Shown: positions 59,305-64,000 of the stretch, in pieces | How the letters are laid out: each line of letters begins with the position of its first letter | Position numbering within the stretch: position 1 is the first letter of the stretch | Assembly: GCA_963668175.1 (NCBI GenBank) | Contig: OY764159.1 | Location: forward strand, 448,001 to 512,000 | DNA length: 64,000 nucleotides | Direction of reading: 5' to 3' | Source: Syntrophales bacterium | Lineage (GTDB): Bacteria; Desulfobacterota; Syntrophia; Syntrophales; PHBD01 | Made by a program: the position numbers and the translations under genes | The notes under the pieces: model-generated | What the model was told of the DNA's origin: nothing | Databases searched by the model: none | What the model saw: only the letters and a program-made list of their open reading frames with translations

Positions 59305-60612
59305 TCAAATTTTCCTTTTGTCGTTCACGCGGCTCGCCTTTCCCTCAAAACGCTGCAGGGATTTCGGTTCCACGAGCTTGATCTTGGCGGTTATTCCCAG
59401 GTAGTCCTTCAGGTCTTTTACGATGCGCCGCTCGATTTTCTGGAGCACCTTGACTTCCCCGGCATCGGAAAATATTCTTTCATTGACCTCGACCTGCACT
59501 TCCAACGTGTCCAGAGTGCCTTCACGGTCGACAATCAATTGATAATGGGGTTCCAGGCCATCGATACCGACCAGAACCGCCTCAATTTGGGATGGAAAGA
59601 CATTGACGCCGCGAATGATCAGCATGTCGTCGCTCCGGCCGGAAACGCGTTCCATACGGATGTGGGTCCTTCCGCACCGGCACGGCTCGGGAATCAAGGC
59701 CGAAATATCCCTCGTACGGTAACGGATCAGCGGGAAGGCCTCCTTGGTAATGGTCGTAAAGACAAGTTCCCCGGTCTCGCCCGGCGGCAGCACTTCGCCC
59801 GTTTCGGGATTGATCGTTTCAATGATGAAGTGGTCCTCAAAGATGTGCATGCCGTGGCGCCCTTCCAGACATTCCATCGCGACGCCGGGCCCCATGACTT
59901 CTGACAGGCCGTAGATGTTTAATGCTTTGATATTTAAAACGTTTTCTATTTCCTGGCGCATCGTGTCGCTCCAGGGCTCTGCACCGAAGATGCCGACACG
60001 CAATTTCAGGGCGGCCATGTCGACCCCCATGGCCTTCCCCTGTTCGGCAAGATTCAGGGCGTAGGAGGGGGTGCAGCATATCGCCGTCGGCCCGAAATCC
60101 TGCAGGATCATGATCTGCCTCTTCGTGTTGCCGCCGGACATGGGGATAACGCTCGCGCCCAGCTTTTCGGCCCCGTAATGGGCGCCGAGGCCTCCCGTAA
60201 AAAGGCCATAGCCATAGGCGTTATGGATGATATCGTTCTTGGTCAAGCCGGCAGCGACGAAACAACGGGCGATCAATTCCGACCAGGTTTCAATGTCGCG
60301 CTTCGTATAGCCCACGACGGTGGACCGTCCGGTCGTCCCCGACGAAGCATGAAGCCTGACGACGGAACTCATGGGCACCGCGAACATGCCGAACGGGTAA
60401 TTGTCCCGTAAATCCTGCTTCGTGGTAAAAGGCAGCCGCTTCAGATCGTCGAGGCTGCGGATGTCATCCGGCGCAATACCCGCTTCGTCGAACGACTTAC
60501 GGTAAAAACCAACCATGTGGTAGACGCGTTGCACGACCTGTTGCAGTCTTTTCAGTTGCAGCGCTTCCAGGGCCTCCCTGGGCAAGGTTTCAAACTCTTC
60601 GTTATAAATCAT
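59305..60612 (-). CDS. paaK: Phenylacetate-CoA ligase family
   Basis: [52 protein letters not shown]. Confidence 0.93.
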   Translation of the reverse strand: MIYNEEFETLPREALEALQLKRLQQVVQRVYHMVGFYRKSFDEAGIAPDDIRSLDDLKRLPFTTKQDLRDNYPFGMFAVPMSSVVRLHASSGTTGRSTVVGYTKRDIETWSELIARCFVAAGLTKNDIIHNAYGYGLFTGGLGAHYGAEKLGASVIPMSGGNTKRQIMILQDFGPTAICCTPSYALNLAEQGKAMGVDMAALKLRVGIFGAEPWSDTMRQEIENVLNIKALNIYGLSEVMGPGVAMECLEGRHGMHIFEDHFIIETINPETGEVLPPGETGELVFTTITKEAFPLIRYRTRDISALIPEPCRCGRTHIRMERVSGRSDDMLIIRGVNVFPSQIEAVLVGIDGLEPHYQLIVDREGTLDTLEVQVEVNERIFSDAGEVKVLQKIERRIVKDLKDYLGITAKIKLVEPKSLQRFEGKASRVNDKRKI

Positions 60613-60669
60613 CTATTTTGTCCCCCTCTTTCATTGTCGGCTAACCGCTCGGAGCATCGTCGCCACGCC

Positions 60670-61227
60670 TCAGCGAAGGCTTCCGGTCAGATACTCCATA
60701 TAATATCGATAAAAGGCGGCGATAACCAGGGCATGGGTAATCTCGCCCTCCCTGATCATTCGCGGTATATCGGCCAGTGGTTTTAAGATGACGTCGATGT
60801 CTTCCTTTTCATCCTGTTTCTGCTCGCCGATCGCGTACACGTTTTTTGCGAGATAGGTGTAACACCGGTTATTCTGGATGGCCGGGTTGGGCTCGACGTA
60901 GCCGAGGCCAACCAGGGATTCCTCCGCGTAGCCGGTTTCTTCTCTCAATTCCCTGCGAGCCGCCTCTTCCGGAGAATCTTCGCCTTCGACCAGACCGCCG
61001 GGGATTTCAATCGTTATTTCCCGCGTCCCATGGCGGTATTGCCTGACCAAAACAACCTCATTCTTATCCGTCAAGGGAATGACGTTCACCCAGGCGGACG
61101 ACTCGAGTACGAAAAAATCATGGGATCGGCCCGTTCTCGGAGAGCGCGCGTGATCGGTACGGAGTGAAAAGACGCGGTAAGATTTATCGGGTTTGCTGGA
61201 AATAATACTCCATTTATCAGGGGCCAT
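60670..61227 (-). CDS. NUDIX hydrolase (ADP-ribose pyrophosphatase-like)
   Basis: QYRH, Nudix box GLVEGEDSPEEAARRELREETG. Confidence 0.92.
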   Translation of the reverse strand: MAPDKWSIISSKPDKSYRVFSLRTDHARSPRTGRSHDFFVLESSAWVNVIPLTDKNEVVLVRQYRHGTREITIEIPGGLVEGEDSPEEAARRELREETGYAEESLVGLGYVEPNPAIQNNRCYTYLAKNVYAIGEQKQDEKEDIDVILKPLADIPRMIREGEITHALVIAAFYRYYMEYLTGSLR

Positions 61228-61318
61228 CGTTCCGTTCTCATGATGTTTTTATAGCGTACCTATAACATCATTCGGCGTAAAAATGAAGGGAAAGCGTCCA
61301 TAATATTCTTTGAAGTTC

Positions 61319-61346
61319 TTTACAAATCCATATCTGTGGTTATAAT
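61319..61346 (+). promoter_or_regulatory. Candidate sigma70 promoter of hsp20-lon
   Basis: TTTACA (61319-24), 16 nt spacer, TATAAT (61341-46). Confidence 0.55.
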
Positions 61347-61457
61347 CTATAAAGAGCGTGATGAGTATAGAGGTAGAGGCCTCACACCCGGCAGGATGTT
61401 CGGTCGACCGGTTGCGGGGACATGCAGGCAGGGCCGTTTAGCGTTTAGGAGTAAGAC

Positions 61458-61904
61458 ATGAATTTCATCAGAATTCGTTTCGGCGACGATTTTTTCACCG
61501 GTGACCCCGAAATTCACAAGAGCATCACCGAGATGTTCCGTACCGCAAGGCCGGCGTATGCGCCGTCCCAGCATATCTGGCGACCCCATACGGATATTTT
61601 CGAAACGCCCCGCGACATTATCGTCATGGCGGAAATTGCCGGTGTGAACAAAGAGGACATCCAGCTCGAAGTGACTTCCAAGGCTTTGAAAATATCCGGC
61701 AGAAGACAGGAAAAGATCCTGAAGAAAGGCGCAAAATATCGGCTGGCGGAAATTTCGTACGGCTATTTCGAGCGCAGCTTCAATCTGCCTTCACCCATCG
61801 AAATCGACACGGTGGTTGCGACCTATACCGACGGCGTCCTGGAGATCAGGCTGACCAAACTGACTGATGACCGGCGTCAGAAGATCCAGATCAAGACGAC
61901 GTAG
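61458..61904 (+). CDS. Hsp20/alpha-crystallin small heat-shock protein
   Basis: DIFET, EIAGV, YGYFERSFNLP, ATYTDGVLEI. Confidence 0.93.
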   Translation: MNFIRIRFGDDFFTGDPEIHKSITEMFRTARPAYAPSQHIWRPHTDIFETPRDIIVMAEIAGVNKEDIQLEVTSKALKISGRRQEKILKKGAKYRLAEISYGYFERSFNLPSPIEIDTVVATYTDGVLEIRLTKLTDDRRQKIQIKTT

Positions 61905-61978
61905 ACGCATCATCGGCAGGAACGGCAAAGCCGCAGATGTTTCACATATAACACGTACGCATATGCGCGGAGGCTCTC

Positions 61979-64000
61979 ATGGCGGACGAATCACAACAGG
62001 ACAACTTGAAAGTCATTCAGATACCGGAAATTCTTCCGATTATGCCGCTCTACAATATCGCCATCTTTCCCAGGATGATGTTTCCCATGGAGGTCTTTGG
62101 AGAACAATCCATCACCCTGGTCGATGAGGCCATGTCCAAGGACCGTATTATCGGTCTGCTCCTTTCCAAAAAATCGCCCCAGGAAATCACGCATAAACCT
62201 GAGGATTTCTATAACATCGGCACAAGCGTCATCATTCTGAAAATGGCAAAATCGGGAGACAACAAGGCCCAACTCCTCGTCCAGGGCATTATGCGTTTCC
62301 GGGTCAAGGAGTTTATCGAAAGCGAGCCGTACGTCCAGGCGCGCATCGAAACCGTTGAAGATTCTCCCGACAAAGACATTGAAATCGAGGCGCTGATGGC
62401 CAATATCATCAGCCTGTTCGACCGTATCGTACATTTGACGCCGCTGATTCCCCAGGAATTGGTTGCCATGTCGAAATCCATCACGGAACCCGGTGTCCTG
62501 GCGGATATGGTCGCGTCCATCATCAACATCTCGACGGAAGAGAAGCAGGCCATCCTGGAAACGTTCGACATCAAAGACCGCCTGAAAGAAGTGACCCGTC
62601 AGGTGAATCACCAGGTGGAAATCCTCGAACTGGGCAGCAAGATCCAGACCCAGGTGAAGGACGACATGGACAAAACCCAACGGGAGTACTATCTGAGGCA
62701 GCAGCTCAACGCCATCAGAAAAGAACTGGGCGAAAGCGACGAGTCGAAGGTCGAACTCGATGAATACCGTGATAAAATCGAAAAGAAAGCCCTTCCCGAA
62801 GAAGCCAAGAAGGAGGCCCTGCGGGAGCTTGACCGTCTATCTCGGATGCATCCCTCTTCCTCGGAATATACGGTTTCGTCCACGTATCTGGATTGGATCA
62901 CCACGCTGCCCTGGAACGAAAGCACGCCGGACAATCTGGATACGAAGAAAGCCCGCAAGGTACTCGATGAGGACCATTACGGCCTGGAAAAGGCCAAAAA
63001 GCGCATCATCGAATATCTCGCCGTGCGCAAGCTGAAACCCGATTCCAAGGGACCCATCCTCTGCTTCGCAGGCCCCCCGGGAACGGGCAAGACGTCGCTT
63101 GGGCACTCCATTGCGCGGGCCCTGGGCCGTAAATTCATACGCATATCGCTGGGCGGCGTCCACGATGAGGCTGAAATCAGGGGACATCGCCGTACATACG
63201 TCGGGGCGCTGCCCGGACGTATCATCCAGGGTATCAGGCGGGCCGAATCGAACAATCCCGTCTTTATGCTCGACGAGATCGACAAGGTCGGAAGCGACTT
63301 CCGCGGCGATCCCTCCTCCGCTCTCCTGGAGGTCCTGGACCCGGAGCAGAATTTTTCCTTCAGGGACAATTACCTGGATCTCTCCTTCGATTTGTCGCAC
63401 GTCATGTTCATTACGACGGCCAACATCCTTGATACGATACCGCCGGCTCTGCGCGATAGGCTCGAAATCATAGATCTTTTGGGATATACCCTGGACGAAA
63501 AGGTCCATATAGCACAGAACTATCTCATTCCGAGGCAAATCGAGGAGAATGGACTCAAGAAAGGGCAGCTTACGTTTACCCGGGGAGCGATCAAGGAAGT
63601 CATTGAAGGATATACCAGGGAGGCGGGCGTGAGGAACCTGGAAAGGGAGATCGCCACGATCTGCCGCGGTATTGCCAGCGCCCTGGCCGAGGACGCTAAA
63701 AAAATACCGGCGATTTCGGTAAAAGACGTCCATAAATACCTGGGGGCCATCCGTATGCCCTCGGAGATCGACATCAGGGTTTCCAAACCGGGCGTGGCCA
63801 TCGGCCTGGCCTGGACGCCGACGGGAGGCGACTTACTCTTCATCGAAGCCACCGCCATGAAAGGGAACAAAGGTCTCACGCTGACGGGTCAACTTGGCGA
63901 TGTCATGAAGGAATCGGCCACGGCCGCCCTGAGCTTCGTCCGGGCCAACGCGAAGCATCTCGGCATTGCGGAAGATTTTTACGACACCCATGACATTCAT
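61979..64000 (+). CDS. lon: ATP-dependent protease Lon, 3'-truncated by window edge (absent from the ORF track)
   Basis: ATG 61979 after GGAGG; LPIMPL..FP, QREYYLRQQL, DHYGL, GPPGTGKTS, LDEIDK, LDPEQN, GLAWT..GG, TGQLGDVMKES. Confidence 0.97.
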   Translation, partial: MADESQQDNLKVIQIPEILPIMPLYNIAIFPRMMFPMEVFGEQSITLVDEAMSKDRIIGLLLSKKSPQEITHKPEDFYNIGTSVIILKMAKSGDNKAQLLVQGIMRFRVKEFIESEPYVQARIETVEDSPDKDIEIEALMANIISLFDRIVHLTPLIPQELVAMSKSITEPGVLADMVASIINISTEEKQAILETFDIKDRLKEVTRQVNHQVEILELGSKIQTQVKDDMDKTQREYYLRQQLNAIRKELGESDESKVELDEYRDKIEKKALPEEAKKEALRELDRLSRMHPSSSEYTVSSTYLDWITTLPWNESTPDNLDTKKARKVLDEDHYGLEKAKKRIIEYLAVRKLKPDSKGPILCFAGPPGTGKTSLGHSIARALGRKFIRISLGGVHDEAEIRGHRRTYVGALPGRIIQGIRRAESNNPVFMLDEIDKVGSDFRGDPSSALLEVLDPEQNFSFRDNYLDLSFDLSHVMFITTANILDTIPPALRDRLEIIDLLGYTLDEKVHIAQNYLIPRQIEENGLKKGQLTFTRGAIKEVIEGYTREAGVRNLEREIATICRGIASALAEDAKKIPAISVKDVHKYLGAIRMPSEIDIRVSKPGVAIGLAWTPTGGDLLFIEATAMKGNKGLTLTGQLGDVMKESATAALSFVRANAKHLGIAEDFYDTHDIH

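Noticed and set aside
58800..60612. paaK + ACT pair as a novel system
   Set aside because: A common arrangement in anaerobes.
1..64000. Selenocysteine/pyrrolysine read-through, frameshifted genes, tRNA/rRNA, IS or prophage genes
   Set aside because: Recognised proteins end at expected lengths and the intergenic gaps show no such signatures by eye. tRNAscan and Infernal were not run.

Overview
Gene-dense, GC-rich bacterial chromosomal segment with about 61 CDSs, mostly housekeeping genes. The gene content (PaaK+ACT pair, ADP-forming acyl-CoA ligase, epmB-efp-epmA, tolQRAB, gatCAB, many CoA-dependent fatty-acid enzymes) suggests an anaerobic diderm, probably Desulfobacterota/Syntrophales-like; this taxonomy is inference. 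I saw no rRNA, tRNA, CRISPR array, transposase or integrase. The most interesting parts are: (1) a TetR-headed operon (25.6-33.9 kb) that resembles the eukaryotic peroxisomal branched-chain beta-oxidation set, with a domain-permuted MFE-2-like protein, a catalytically dead HMG-CoA-synthase-like/DUF35 fusion, an SCP2-type thiolase, an LCAD-type dehydrogenase and an AMACR-like racemase, plus a visible tandem operator; (2) a Val-rich leader-peptide attenuator with tandem terminators before an atypical ilvBN; (3) a DUF350 / lipoprotein / Gsp-synthetase-like operon preceded by a pseudoknot-capable leader; (4) a tandem-domain ThyX with split motifs, followed by a small Cys-rich Zn-finger ORF. All protein calls come from motif recognition by eye; no database search was run.
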